A DNA stretch of 64,000 nt from Ylistrum balloti. Lineage: Eukaryota. Below are positions 37,910 to 51,336 of this stretch, one piece after another; positions within the stretch are counted from its first letter, which is position 1; each line of letters begins with the position of its first letter. Below the pieces are notes generated by a model. The model did not search any database. It was not told the origin of the DNA and worked only from the letters and a program-made list of their open reading frames with translations. The position numbers and the translations under genes were made by a program. Location of the stretch: contig NW_026782711.1 in NCBI RefSeq assembly GCF_031769215.1, positions 1,240,001 to 1,304,000 on the forward strand. Direction: 5' to 3'.

Positions 37910-39380
37910 ATGTACAGTGTACTTCTGATCGCCCTGTTTGCCCCGGCAATTTCAGCCTTCCTTTTAGACAGCTTTGGTCTGGGAAGTGGTATCAATACCG
38001 TCACCAAACTGGACGTACCGAAATACTTGGGACGATGGTATCAGGTATGTGAATCATTCGTCTTACAAACCAAGGACAGATCTATGTAGGTAGAAACAAC
38101 AATGATAATAATGGTAATTAGTAATTAATCATTATACGAATCAAACTATAACATACAGTATTTCGACCGCCTAAGGCTATTCGGTAATGCTGTTGGTCAA
38201 ATCGTGAAACCTACGAAGGTGACCGCGATGTTTGATTACTAGTACAATAAATGATACTATGATATGTTTTACAGCGTCTTAAATAGGTTCCGAACAAAAG
38301 TACTGTTCTTGTCATTCATTTAATAATTCATTATTGAATCCACAGATGTACGCCAGTCAGTCTGTGTATGTTACTTTCGAAAGGAACGCCGTATGTGTTA
38401 CCGCCGACTGTAAGTTTGTCGATGCATTTATCAGCGTATCGGAAAGTAGTATTTTACAAACAGTCTAGTACATATAAACCGTATTTTTTCTGCGTTTCAT
38501 TTTCAAAAATTTACTTGTCAAAAAATCAATTTAAGCTCAAAACTGATGAATTTTGGGTAAATCATACACATAGGAATTATTTGCACGAAGGACTTTGGCA
38601 AGTCATCCGTATCGTTTTATCTCCTCATTAGCGGTTATTTCTATATAAATACAAATCAATATTATAGATTCCATGTCAACGGACGGTTCTGGAAATGTGC
38701 TCGTTCGTAATGGAGAAAATCTGAAGACTCCAAATGGAACGCTCAAGACTATCAACGGATACGCAGTTCCATCCAATGAGCCAGGAAAGCTGACCGTCAA
38801 TCTCGAAACAGCTCCGTTCCCAGCCCCTTGTAAGTATTTTTATATATTTTTCTTTAGGCAAATGCATAACGTCACGTTCTTTGGTGAAGGGTTCACGTGA
38901 CTTCCTGTAATTATCAAAGTATGCTTTGATATGCATAGCGTCAGGTGAAGGTCACTCTCATTCTACCTTATTTCTGCAAGAAGCATGAAGATCCTGCCAT
39001 TTTACCAACCTTAACATTACAGCTAGATATATTGAACTTTGAATAAGGAAGTTTTAAAACGTTCATAATTAAGTATTGCTTGCACGCAATGTATCTTAAC
39101 ATATATTATTCGTCATCATATATTCACGTAAATGGTCCTTTCAGACTGGGTGATCAAACTAGGACCTACAACGTTTGGAAAGGATGACCAGTACCAATAC
39201 TCTGTGGTGACCGACAACCTGAAAGCCACACTCTTCGTACTGGCGCGAGACCCAGAAACCTTCAAGCGTGACTATGATGAAGAAATAGTTCAGTACCTCA
39301 AAGATCAAGGCTTCACTAACTTTATCAACAAACCGATAGCGACATACCATGGTCCCGACTGTATGTACGTCAAGCAGTGA
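37910..39380 (+). CDS. APOD: Apolipoprotein D-like secreted lipocalin, copy B; exons 37910-38044, 38346-38409, 38668-38829, 39145-39380 (198 aa)
   Basis: Same exon lengths (135/64/162/236) and lipocalin motifs as copy A: MYSVLLIALFAPAISA...KYLGRWYQ/MYASQSVYVTFERNAVCVTAD/YSMSTDG...APFPAP/YWVIKLG...GPDCMYVKQ*. Confidence 0.92.
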
Positions 39381-42300
39381 CAATATTGTGGAAATATTCA
39401 CAATGTACAAATGTAAATAGCTCATTGTGAAAACATCGTTGAATCAAATATACATACTCGTCTTCAAAAGACATATCTAGTTCCGTTTACCATTTTCATT
39501 CTTTATGTTAGATATTTTGATATTGTTATATTTGTAGTTCTGTTGATTAAATGAAAATTAAAACGATATATCTGACCAGTTTTTGTATTTTTTAGAAGTA
39601 ATGATTGGTACTAGGAATTAGGATTTATATATTACACTGGTTGGTTTAGAGATACACAGGAATACCTAAGAAGCACATTTCATGACAAAAGATCTAGTCA
39701 CCGTAAGACAAAGTGATTGTAAGATACACATAACTTAGTACAAGGCAACACCCATACAAATGTACACAAATTTGTGCAAATCATACTTATACATAAATAG
39801 AATGTTATCGAGTGTTGGTGATGTCAGTTCTTGTGAAGAAAGTTCCGAGAGGGGCAAACACAGTAAATGTACTTTCCATTTGCATATTATCAAGTGAGAA
39901 AAATGATACACGATTCAGTTTTTAGCGAATTGAGCCGTATCTCCAGTGAACAAGCATTCCATTTATCTATTGCTGATAATAATAACAGCCGAATTCTCCT
40001 AACCTATCATCATATGACTTCTTCATGGTGATTGAACAAACACACCTACATTGTATATATATTAGTGAGTGTCGGTACTAAAACTGTTAACGCACAATTA
40101 TATATATGAAATAAAGGAACCAGTGATTCGTGGTTTGAAATGTTTGAATTGACATTCAGTTTATTGAATATAAAACCTTGAATATAAGAGACAAAGGGTT
40201 GAAAGGGAAACATTTTTTCTCTACAATCGCACCTTCATGTTACAAAGGCGATGCACTTATAAGTACATTGCTTCGTGTTTGTCTTCTGAGAAATGTCTGA
40301 CCTGCTTTGCTTTATATATTTGCATATCGAAAAAAACAGGGGTTGCCTCTTAAAAAGTCATTCTAATGACTTCATAGTCGTCAATATTCCTGTACTTATT
40401 AAACAACTAGAATAATTCACTTAGCCGCCCGTCTAGAAATCAAGGACCTGTTCTATATATCACGTGTAAATCTTTGTTTATAGCTTTGTTTTATTGAATT
40501 TCAGTCTCTGATTTGTTTGTTGGTACATGCATACCTTGTTGTTTCAATAGCATGTAATGCAATACCCTGAAACGACCACTGTTGTAACATTTGTGCATTT
40601 TCGACCTTTCTTTTAAAATAAGATCTACCTGTCCTACAATATAAAAAAGCAGAAGTAATTGTACCTTTTGTTGTAAAGGAAGTGTTTCCGTTTTGCCTTA
40701 TCTTGGAATTTATGTATGGTGTTTAATTATTTGTCTGTATTGTACCCAATGCTAAATTTGTGTTGACAGAAGTTATTCACTTATTTATGGAAATCCTTAT
40801 AACAGATTCCCTACCACTTCTTTAAAGTCACCATTGTCCTTTACGATTTCACAGATGGTAACTGATGGAAATATATCGTAACCCACTAGTATACTCCTAC
40901 AATAGTTTACAATAGTGAGGTGGTACAGTGCCCTTCCGTTTAATATTCTAGGACAACTGGGTACCTGGATCGGAAATTCTTTTTATTTATTTATTTTTTT
41001 TTTTTTACAAGTTTCTATGTCCGCGTTTTTCTCAAACACTACAAAACAGCGCATATTAAGCCAAAAGCTGAGATGTAGAATGTTTAATTGACAATAGCAG
41101 TGCCGTAGGTTGTGATACAATTTTTGAACAGGCTCTATTGGCGCACTCATTTAGCCTTCTTCTCAAATGTGGATTTCTTTTTTATCGAACAGTCTGTCAC
41201 GAAAAATAACCATTGCCAAATACCTTATCTTCACTTTTACCTGAAGTCTTATCTTTAACTGAGAACACGTTTGCTGCCCATGGCTATCTGATATACTCTC
41301 CAGACCTGGAAATCGGAGACTCGACAAACTTCTTTACATCAGTTGCTTACCAATATATTGACATACAGCGCGACCAATACCGACAGTTTTCAAACTTAGT
41401 AGTATGGTAACTGTGATTATTTCAATTTTTCTACAGTGATTTTTCCCATTGCTTAGCGGTACTATATCCCTGTTTCTTCAACATATGGTTTTGATTTAAA
41501 GTTAACTGTGGTATGACTGAGTGAGGATCGCCGTCAACTCAAAGTTTCTTATTCTAAAAATCCATCCTTATATTGGCAATTATTTGCTGTATTTTAATAT
41601 ACTCGTGCGATATTTAGACCTGGATATTTCGATATTGCAGACATAATGATAAATTCCGGAACAGGTTTATTGACGTTCATTATCTAGCTGTGGTACAATA
41701 CACTATTATGATGACTCATACATTGAATTAGTTTCCTGGCAATTGTCCATCGCAACAAGGCCGAATCTTGACCATTCCCTATACTATCAAAAACCCCAAT
41801 TCTTAATTACCTTTTTCTCCCCTAAAAGAAATGTTCATTTCTGCTTTTGATAAATTGTCTACTACTTAATACACTGCATTTTTTAAGAAATAATCTTGCG
41901 GAGTTTTTTTCCCGTTTATCATTTTATTTCACTTCCATCATTTTATTTATAGTAATGTTCTTTTTCCTCAACTCATTTAATATTCAGTTGTTACGGAGGT
42001 ATGTTCCTGTTGACCACGGTACATAACCCCCTCGGTCTAAATTCTCATATTTCGGAATGTTTCGGACCATTAGATCAACTGCCAAACAAACTAATTGGAT
42101 TTGCTTTGTACACACGGCCTACACCGGGCTGTCTTAACAATCGAGAACAAAGCTCTTTCTTAGATGCAGTTTTCAGCATTACAAGGAAAGTTGAAAGCTC
42201 TGCAATATCGGAGAAAAGTTACGGGTACACTGACCCACCTTTTACAAATTATAGGGTCATTTGCTGTGATGGTTTAGTGTGTTGTTAATGGATCGTTGAC

Positions 42301-43344
42301 TCCTGGAGTAAATTATTCGATAATGATGCCTTTGTCTAAGTGCTTGAAAGTAAGTCAATATGAGGGAATGACACCGCGGTGATCGGCGCTGGAAATTCAC
42401 TCATAGGTTTGGTCTTTATTGTTTCGGTATATAAAGTGAAAACACCAGCAGGACCTCGTCATGTAAAATTATTGACTTTGAAATTCACCGTCCGCCGAAT
42501 ATCATAGCACAAAGAATATTTTAACTAGATTATAGAGATTAAAGTCAACGAAAAAGAGAGATAACAGCGGAACGTGTACTTTCTCTTTGAAACCATTCAA
42601 ACTAGATGTACCGTGAATGCATGTGATTATGTCAAAGACGACTCAATCTTCATCTGGGAATGATGTGTCCGGGGTGACAAAATCAATTATCAGGACGTGA
42701 ATTAGGATACGGAATAGACGTATCTAAAATCATTTTGCTTCTCTTTGATGTTATTTTTATTGTTGTATACATCAATACATTTTACAGCTCGTAACAGCAT
42801 TAGCAATAATATGTCTACTGAATTCTTCATTACCTCGCACTGTAAATAAAGGTCACATGTACAAACAGGGTCGATATCTTTTAAAAACAAGACACGACAA
42901 AAAGGGAGATATCCGTCCATATTCCAAATTAGGCGTCAAAGGGAAGTTTTCTAATAAAACGTATATATTCTTCAAAACAACAATACAAGATAACTATCAA
43001 AAGAAAGCCATCACTCAGAAGTAGACATATATTAAAAGGAAGATGTGTGTATAGACACTCGTTCAAAGGTAAAATGCCTTCACAAGGAATTGATCTGTCA
43101 ATTCTAAATATCCTTCAGATGAAAGTTGATTGTTAAATTTGTATATTATATTTGAAATGTTTCTCTCAAAAGTGGTATATCTGTCAAAAAAGATATTGGT
43201 CGAAAGGTAAATATCACGTAAGAGACATATATCTATTAAAAGTCAATTAACTTTCAATAGAAATGGAAATGTCCTTCAAAAGTAAGAAAACGACCGAATG
43301 GTAAATATCTACGGAATCGTACACTGGCTTTCATTCACACACAC

Positions 43345-43386
43345 GGCGCACGCACGCACGCACCCTGACACACAAACACACATACA

Positions 43387-43417
<31 letters not shown>

Positions 43418-43425
43418 ACGAATAT
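43345..43425. repeat. Compound (CA)n / poly-C microsatellite
   Basis: CACACACA...CCCCCCCCCCCCCCCCC ACACACACAC is directly visible. Confidence 0.85.
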
Positions 43426-43559
43426 ACACACATGAATATGAATATATTTAGATAAATTTAGAAATGGAAATTAACTAAATATATATTATCTTGAATGTCG
43501 AGTTATAGATTGATGATGATGATGATTTGAAATACTTTTTCTTAAAGGAAAATTCATTA

Positions 43560-44330
43560 CGCGATCGGATCTCAATGTCTCCTCTCCTACCGCCAGAACT
43601 TTGTACTATATCTAAATATACCTATTCAAAATATTCTATAGAAATTTTAGCAGTAACAGCTGACCTTAACTTCAATGCCTTAACTAGCAAGGAATACAGG
43701 ATACTAGGCAAGAACCGGGTCTCGGCATGGAATGAAGTCAATGGTATATTCACGCCTCAGTATGTCACATCAGCGAAAAAGGACAGAGAGGAAAAGAAAG
43801 ATGAGATTGGTGCTTGATACTGTTATCTTGTCCACGTTTTGTTCTAGTAAAATACCATAACAATGAGCAATACTCTGTTGTATTTGAGCCATGAGGTGCT
43901 TTCTTATAGATTTCAGATTTACGGAAATCATTTTCCCCAAGAAATATTGTGCATCAACAAGTCCCAAACGGTTTTTGATGTTGAACCAATCAGTGTTAAC
44001 AATTAATGCATTAATCGACCATTTTAAACAACATTTTCTATTGGATTGTCTCACGTAAATGTACTTATTTTTTCAGTACCTTTTCACAGACCAGATTTTA
44101 ATCAATTCTTAGGACAGAAACGATCTGCATTAGAGTTTCAGGGATACAGTAGTCATCTACATAATTAATATTGCCACGAATATCTTCATTAAGCATTGAC
44201 GGAAATGTATATACATATACTCTTCTGTTATTCATTGCAGTACCTCCAGTCACTGCATTGATTACTTGACTTGAACTGGTCACCAAAGGTGAACTGATGC
44301 TTCGGCTTGGTCAAGTAAACATAGCTGTCT
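43560..44330 (-). mobile_element. Decayed non-LTR retrotransposon (LINE) reverse-transcriptase remnant
   Basis: Broken minus-strand frames give GNINYVDD (YADD-like), INALIVNTDWFNIKNRL (like LQ..IN.L..WF..NRL), YFLGKMI (like KYLGV.I) and GVNIPLTSFHAETRFLP, in the order expected for a LINE RT; many stops and frameshifts. Confidence 0.45.
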
Positions 44331-45053
44331 GGACATCATTTTCAAGGCACCACTTCCCAAACAACAGGTTTCAGATTTCAGACGAGCAGTCAAAAACGTC
44401 GGACATATTCTATGAATATGTTTAAGGTCTAAATGTTCTGTCAGCTGTGTCGTGATTCAAAGTGTTTACATACATTTGATAAGCATGGCGACTAAAAAAA
44501 TACGTCATAAAAATATACCATCAGTGGCTTTCTTCAGACTTCATTTCTTTCAGACCTACTGAGCCAACCCTAGGACTTTCAAGTTTAGCAAGGACACGTG
44601 TCAATGGTTTAAAAAAACTTTAAACTTGTTTTCCCAACTCGTATGCAAAATATGTATACGTAATATTGATGAATATTAACAAAGCACAATAAGATTCTTT
44701 CTTTATTTCTTGATAGGAGTCAAATACCTAACCTCCCGTTATCACAGTCTTTTTTTTAATCTGTTTCCAGCAAATGAAAATGCTTCATCCTGACAATTCA
44801 GATTTGCGCTTGGAACATACGTTTTGACATACAATTAAGTATTTAGATACTCTTTTGTGGAAAAAGCAAGAATGAATACTTAAATCAAAAAGATATTTTT
44901 TTAAAAAAAAAAAGGAGAGATAATATGTGTCCTTACTGCGAGTCGAACCCTATCTTAAGTGTAGGAAGTTCGTTATTCGGAATACCTCTGATGTTATGTA
45001 TTGGCGTCGAGGACAAGTGAAATCGCTAGCAGCGGTAGTCCTGCCCATCAGAA

Positions 45054-48000
45054 ATGGATCACAATGAAAAGGCTGGAAGTAAAGATATTTTGGGAAGACT
45101 CTCAGATTTAGAACTCAGTGAACTTAAAGATACTGTCACGAGGAAGCAAATATCGGCTTATGGACGTAAAGGTAGTAGAAAGTGTACCACGTCAGGCTAA
45201 GAATCTATGCACAGTGAAAGTGAAAGTAACAAGCTCTATTCACAGAAAATGTACTTATCCAGTGAATGATGTACGTTACATTCATTTTATATCAATGTTT
45301 GCACGGGTGTGTATTTGGGTAAAGACAGTTACGTATACACTGATTGCTCTGTTTCCCCAAGTTGGATACAACCCCTCACATTGGTAATATTACAGCATTT
45401 TAGTGGGATATTCCTTTGCAGATGATTTGAAGAACTTCACGTGCTTATATGAAGAATATTTCATAAAAATATCATTTACCCCCAAGCGAGACTCAAACTA
45501 TTGACCTCCCACAATCTAAGCCAACACTTCAACTTGGCTAAAGAGAAATTCTCTGTAGTTGAGACCCATACTTCACTTATGTAGTTCTTCTGTTTAAACT
45601 GAAGAAATAACAGACATCATCAGAATGGAACAACAGAGCATTTTCTGTGATGATAAGATGACATAATTTGCCACCAAACTGACCTTGTTAGGTCATCTCT
45701 TTGTATGTTGTCTTAGATAAGTTAAATAATTTTGGATTCTGTGGATGCCCTGCTAAACTTTTTATATCTTCATAAGATGGACATCATTAAAGTAATATAT
45801 CTGAAAGGTAAATGTAACTATGGAATGGTTGTCATATTGTGTCATCTATTGTTTATGAATGGAGTCAGCAAGATTACATTCATATTGCAAAATAAAACAC
45901 AAAAAGGAACACTACTTAACATTTTGTTAGAAAAATAATAAAAATTCTATTTCGCAAAAAAGCAGATTGTGACCTCTCAGAGCTGGTTGTCTATTAGGTT
46001 TGTAGGTTGCTTTACATTTATACAGTTCATTAAGCGTTTTAAAAACAAAGTAGACATTTTAAAAATTCTTTTTAAGTAGTTTTTATTTCGAAGATAATTG
46101 GGAAACTGTGGTTATGAAACCTTTCAGTTCAGGCAATGTCTTTGTAGTGGTGATAATCATTGACAGTGGATCCTAACTCCAGTGTAGTGGCAGACATACA
46201 ACCCGTTAAATAAATAAGGAGTATATGTCCCATTTCTGTAGGGTTTTTATAACAATGATAATGATTTTGATTCTTTTTTCCAGAATGCATCAGTGCTATT
46301 GTGTCATACAGTGAGTCTGCTCTTGAACTTCTGCACAGAAAGAAACTCAAGCGAGATGTCCTGTTCCAGTACCTATTTGACAATAATGTTGTAGTACCTA
46401 TCAATGCTTCAAAAGACATGCTTATTTACTCTATAATAGAGCTTTGGAAATCACGAAATCAGCAAAAGAAACAGGTATCAACTATAGTTGTCCATTTGTA
46501 TCAGTTAATACTGTCTTACAGTTTTCCAGCTTCAAATTCACGCCTGTTAATAAGCTGTAAAGTTATTAAAAACCCCAGTGAAGACCACTATCATACTATA
46601 TGTCAAAAGTAAGTCGATCCCTTTGGTTTATTGCAATACTGAAGTAAAACCTTTTGCTGTTTCTTGCTATTATCTCCCTTTTATGCTATCTGTGAAACAT
46701 CACACTGGTGAATGTATTATAATCAAAGAAGCCTAGGTGTTCAGCTCATTGAATTGTGTACCGAAATTATCTCTTTAGCTCATTTACTCAGCTTGGAAAA
46801 AGTAGATTTTACACTCTGACCTTAATCCCTAACAATTCTAAACTTTGAAATATAATGTCAGTCTAGCTGGATAAGAAGTAGGGTCAGTAAGTGTATGTAA
46901 AAATGTGGAACCCATTGTCAGCTAAATCAATGTCGACTTCAATAACATTTTCAAAAAAAAGGTAGAGTAGAAATGTCTAGGAATGTTGAAGGCTTCAACC
47001 AGTGCGCAAATAAAGAAATTACTTTCAGGTCAAAGGTGTCAACTATACTATAACTAATCTTTCTTGGTAGCCTTTGGTGTCCAAGAGAGTTGATACCTGT
47101 TGGGTAGCAAAATAACTGGCCAGGAAACCCCCTGTAGCCAGCCCCCACTGTCAGACACCAAGTCTTTCATCCCTACTGTTGACATTCATCTAAAAAAATT
47201 TGAAACGTTACAATGTTTGGTCTACTACAAGTTATCAAAAATGTTCAAATAAGAAAGTGGTTTTGATCGACTTTAACATTAAAAAGATCATTAGTTTGTA
47301 GATATATTTTGATTGTATGAATTGGGAAAGTGATTATATGAGGCTTTTTCAAATAAAATAAAAATTGTCTTTTTAGAAATTCAAGTTTTAAAGAAATTTA
47401 AAGATTCAAATAATATCAAACCTGTACTGTATACACATATGATAAATTATTTCAACAACAGGACATGGCACGGCTAAAACATAAGCACTTTTTGTTTCAG
47501 GATACAACTCCAATTGTACAAGCCGATCAGCAGCCTACACAGGAAAGACTAGAGAACAAAACACAAGCTCACTCTCCCCAAAATACACCAATCAATATAG
47601 CAATTACAGTCAATGTAGCCTCTCAGCAACCAAGTCCATCAAAAGATGTGCCTTTATCAGAACAAGTTGGAGAAGCCTTCACAACTTGGTTTTATAAAAT
47701 GTTAAACTCTCAAAACCCAACGACACCCGATGCACCAGAGGATTTTGGTTCCCATCATTTCTGGCCAGATGTGAACTTTAAACTTTTGTGCTTGACACCA
47801 CAGCCAGTGGATGAGGAATTATCGGGTGCTGACCTGACAACGCAAAGGTTATTGGCTCTTGTCAAAGAGGAACAGTTACTTTTCAATCCTAACATTAGTA
47901 AGGAAGGCCTAATGGTGAAATCCAACCCCCATGGACAACTGGTGCTAATTGTGTGTGGAACAATTCACAGGAGCCAGGACTGTTTGGGCGAGTTTGAACA

Positions 48001-48148
48001 ACTATTTGGTTTACTTAGAGATCCTCGTTTCAATAACAATTGGAAAGTAAAATTCACAAAACTAAGGATTAAAAGTTCACAAGTAACAGCGATGCCAAAG
48101 TTGACAGATCAAGCACTGAGTGAGGTGACTGCTCTTATTCCAACGTAG
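45054..48148 (+). CDS. C3orf38: C3orf38 homologue (NTF2-like C-terminal domain); exons 45054-45171, 46284-46474, 47501-48148 (318 aa)
   Basis: In-frame GT-AG joins (phases 1,0). MDHNEKAGSKDILGRL..ELKDTVT, AIVSYSESALELLHRKKLKRDVLFQYL, GEAFTTWFYKMLNSQNP..DFGSHHFWPD and RLLALVKEEQLLFNPN..PHGQLV..VCGTIHR...CLGEFEQLFGLLRDPRFNNNWKVKF match recalled C3orf38 motifs throughout. Confidence 0.9.
45478..45580 (-). mobile_element. Degenerate tRNA-derived element (same family as 61735-62238), in C3orf38 intron 1
   Basis: The reverse complement reads ...AGAGAATTTCTCTTTAGCCAAGTTG...GGAGGTCAATAGTTTGAGTCTCG, with A-box- and B-box-like motifs. Confidence 0.45.
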
Positions 48149-48994
48149 TCAGATCAAGCCTTGTCACTGATGTGACCTTGAAGTTGAACTACTTTTTTGA
48201 GGTCACGCTACACTAATTTTCTGCTACTGAAATTCTGTGTTAATATCAAGAGTAAAGAAAATAATTTTCTTTCACTTTTATTGTCATGTACACTTGAAGT
48301 ATAAGATGAAATCACAGTGAATAAAGTGTCTGAGGCGTTGGCCTCATCACAATTTATATGCCATCATATGTTTTTGTTTATGCACAACATATTTTGTCTT
48401 GCACTCGAACAAGGAAAAAACAGGATAAGAGAAAAATAATCTTTCACCTCCTTTAGAGTAAGATAGATGGATTTCAACCCTTGGGGGGGAAATTATTAAG
48501 CTGTCAAACACTTGGCAAGCATTGTGTTTGACAACTGAATAATCATCTCGGGTTGAGATCCCCCTATCTCACCCTAAAGGGGATGAAAGATTGTTTTAAT
48601 ACATATTACTTCTAACAAATAATATCTATTCAGGTAAAAGGGCATTCAGTACATATAAAGAGAAATCACAAAACATGTTGCTGATATTGTTCAATAATTA
48701 AAATAACACTTACTTTAAGCTTTAATTATTTGCAGCACATGGTAAACTGGAAAAACAACACCTCAATATCAAATGATCACATAACCATGATTATGTTGAC
48801 TAGAGTACTAAATTACCAGTGAAATTTTTCAGGGTGAAAAAGTATTATGTCATGAATTGATCATCAGTATCTGACCAATGATGTGTGACAGAATGCTATA
48901 TACCTAGGATTACCAATAAAACCACCAGGCCCTGGTTGTTCAAAGGCAGGTTAGAGAAAGCCAATGGTTAGTGACAAGTTTCAAAGATAGACCC

Positions 48995-49920
48995 AACCAA
49001 CCAACCCGAAGGCTCATGGTGACCTATTGCTATGATGATTTGTCTTGTCGTGCGTTGTAAACTTTTCACATATTCGACTTCTTCTCACGAACCACAGAAT
49101 GGATTTTGACCAAACTTGGCACAAAGCATCCCCATGGGAAGCCTCTTCAAGTTTGCGAAGAAAAAGGGCATGACACCAATAGGGGCCCCAGGAGGGGGGA
49201 AAAGGGGGTAAAATTAGGTAAATCTTTAAAAATCTTCTTCTCATTAACTGACAGTCAGATTAAGTTCCTATTTGATATTTAGGGTCCTTATGGCATGGTT
49301 TACAAAGTTTGCGAATGAAAAAAAAATCGGGTCAAAAACGGCCCCACTAGGGAGCGCTCAAAAGGGTCGAAAATTCAACTTTGACCGATTTCAAACAAAT
49401 TTGGTAGACAGCATCCCTTAGTGAAGGACATATGAAATTATGTTGAAAAAAGTGATAATGTCCCCTTTGGGGCACATAAGGGGTGTAAAAGGGGCCATAT
49501 GTAAAAACCTTCATTATATGACTACTTCTCAAGAACCAGTGGATGGATATTGACCAAACTTGGCACAAAGCATCCACATGGGAAGCCGCTTGAAGTTTGC
49601 GAAGAAAAAGGGTGTGGCCCCAATAGGGGCCCCAGGAGGGGGGAAAAGGAGAAACTTGATACGAATGTTCTACACAAGGTCCTGGCAAGTGTTTTAACTT
49701 TTTGGGGCGATTCAAAATCCAAGATGGCCATCCTGGCCTCTGTTTGGCTACATTATGGACTTCCTCTCAAGAACCATTGGGTGGGTCATGTTCAAACTTG
49801 GTGCAGATGTTTTACACATGGTCATGCACAAGTGTTGTTACATTTTGCAACATTTTAAAATCCCCAGATTATTGATATATATTCCTCAGGTGACCGTTAA
49901 GGCCCCTTGGGCCTCTTGTT
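48995..49920 (-). mobile_element. HINE/Helentron-like element with Cg170-like internal repeats, reverse orientation
   Basis: Ends CTCAGGTGACCGTTAAGGCCCCTTGGGCCTCTTGTT; internal duplicated block TTGACCAAACTTGGCACAAAGCATCC..ATGGGAAGCC..AAGTTTGCGAAGAAAAAGGG at ~49105 and ~49550. Confidence 0.7.
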
Positions 49921-50904
49921 ATATTTTAATTTTGCCTTTAACTCTCTTGTTTTTTCAGTAACAACACTTAAAATTTTTCACTTACCACTAGTAGATTTAA
50001 ACTAACCTTTGAGCAACCTGAGCAAGCGAACTTATTTCCAAAGAAGTCAAAAGTCTCCTCAAATATGTATTTCTTTGTATTAGCATAAAGCTACATGAGG
50101 ATCCTTTTATCAACTGATGAAATTACTTAACCCACCCTGAAATGGACATTATTTGTTGTGTGTTTTATGGCATAAACTTCATCTTATTTCATTGAGTATA
50201 AGTCATTAAAATCACCAATTAGCAGCAGTAGTCTGTCATTTATATTGGACTGTTTCTGAGAAGCTTCTATAGGTGTGAAAAATATCTGTATATCGCGTAA
50301 ATATAGATCATACAATGTATAAGTATTGTATATCAGGAATATGTAGAGTGTACACTGTATGTATCTTTGAATATTTGATCATAATATTTGGATACATCTT
50401 ATTGTGTGTCTAGTTTTATAGGGATACAGAAAAAAAGGATTTTATTTCGATTAAAGTATAAATAATGTGTTTGAAGATCTGAGTGAAGAGATGACAAGTT
50501 ATTGATGCAGAATAAGAAAAATTAGCATACTTGTATATGTAGTTTTCTATTCATTGCTTATTAGGAGCCGTTCTTACTTTTTCATTTGAAAATGTCTTGT
50601 TATCAAGTCACATACATTTATGAAACAAATGATTAAAACCAAAACGATCTGCATCTTTTTGGGGTTTTTGTTTACACCGGCAGTCATCTAATTGTGGCCT
50701 GTTCAAATTGCCTTTCATCCTTAGTCTATCATTTATATGCGTGTCCTTAATCTATTCAAGACATATCTATTTCTTAATATATTCAAGACATATCTATTTC
50801 TTTAGAAGGAAAGAATTAATTATTCTCATATTTCTTTTGTACATGTCCCTCAGATCAGGTCTGAAAAACAAAATTGCCAATAGGCAGCCTTTGACTTTGA
50901 AATT

Positions 50905-51336
50905 ACAATTTGTTATAGCCTGTTTAGGTCACATGACTGTAGGTCATGATCACTTACAGCAATCATTGTTAGTCTGTCGTCCTGTGTCATGCACTGAACT
51001 TTCTTTGTGAAGATGATAATTTCAGTAAATATGAACTGATTTTGATCAAAGCCATATATTAATAAGATCTTTGAAGAGTTTGACAACAGGACCAATTTGA
51101 TCAAAATTTACAGAGTTATAGCCCTTTTGCAGTGTTATTACCATTGACCTTGTGAACACAATAAGTTGAGTAAATATGAACACATTTGTATGAAACTTGG
51201 TATGCAGTCTTATAACAATAAGATCTAGGATGAGTTCAACAATGGAACCAATTTGTTGTAAGTTACAAAGTTCTGGCTTTTTGAAGTTGAAGTTGTGTTT
51301 AGTCAGGTGACCCTTAAAGCTGATGGGCCTCATGTC
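50905..51336 (-). mobile_element. Degenerate HINE-like element
   Basis: Terminus GTCAGGTGACCCTTAAAGCTGATGGGCCTCATG; internal TTATAGCCCTT / GAAACTTGGTATG motifs of the same broad family. Confidence 0.45.

Noticed and set aside
33093-39425. ORFs 33093-33344, 33238-33456, 34027-34251, 38368-38631, 38603-38800 and 39159-39425
   Set aside because: They are antisense shadows of the lipocalin exons.
41193-41410. Possible coding exon (ORF 41213-41410 with flanking AG/GT)
   Set aside because: An in-frame TAA lies between the candidate acceptor (41192) and the ORF, and I recognise no homology.
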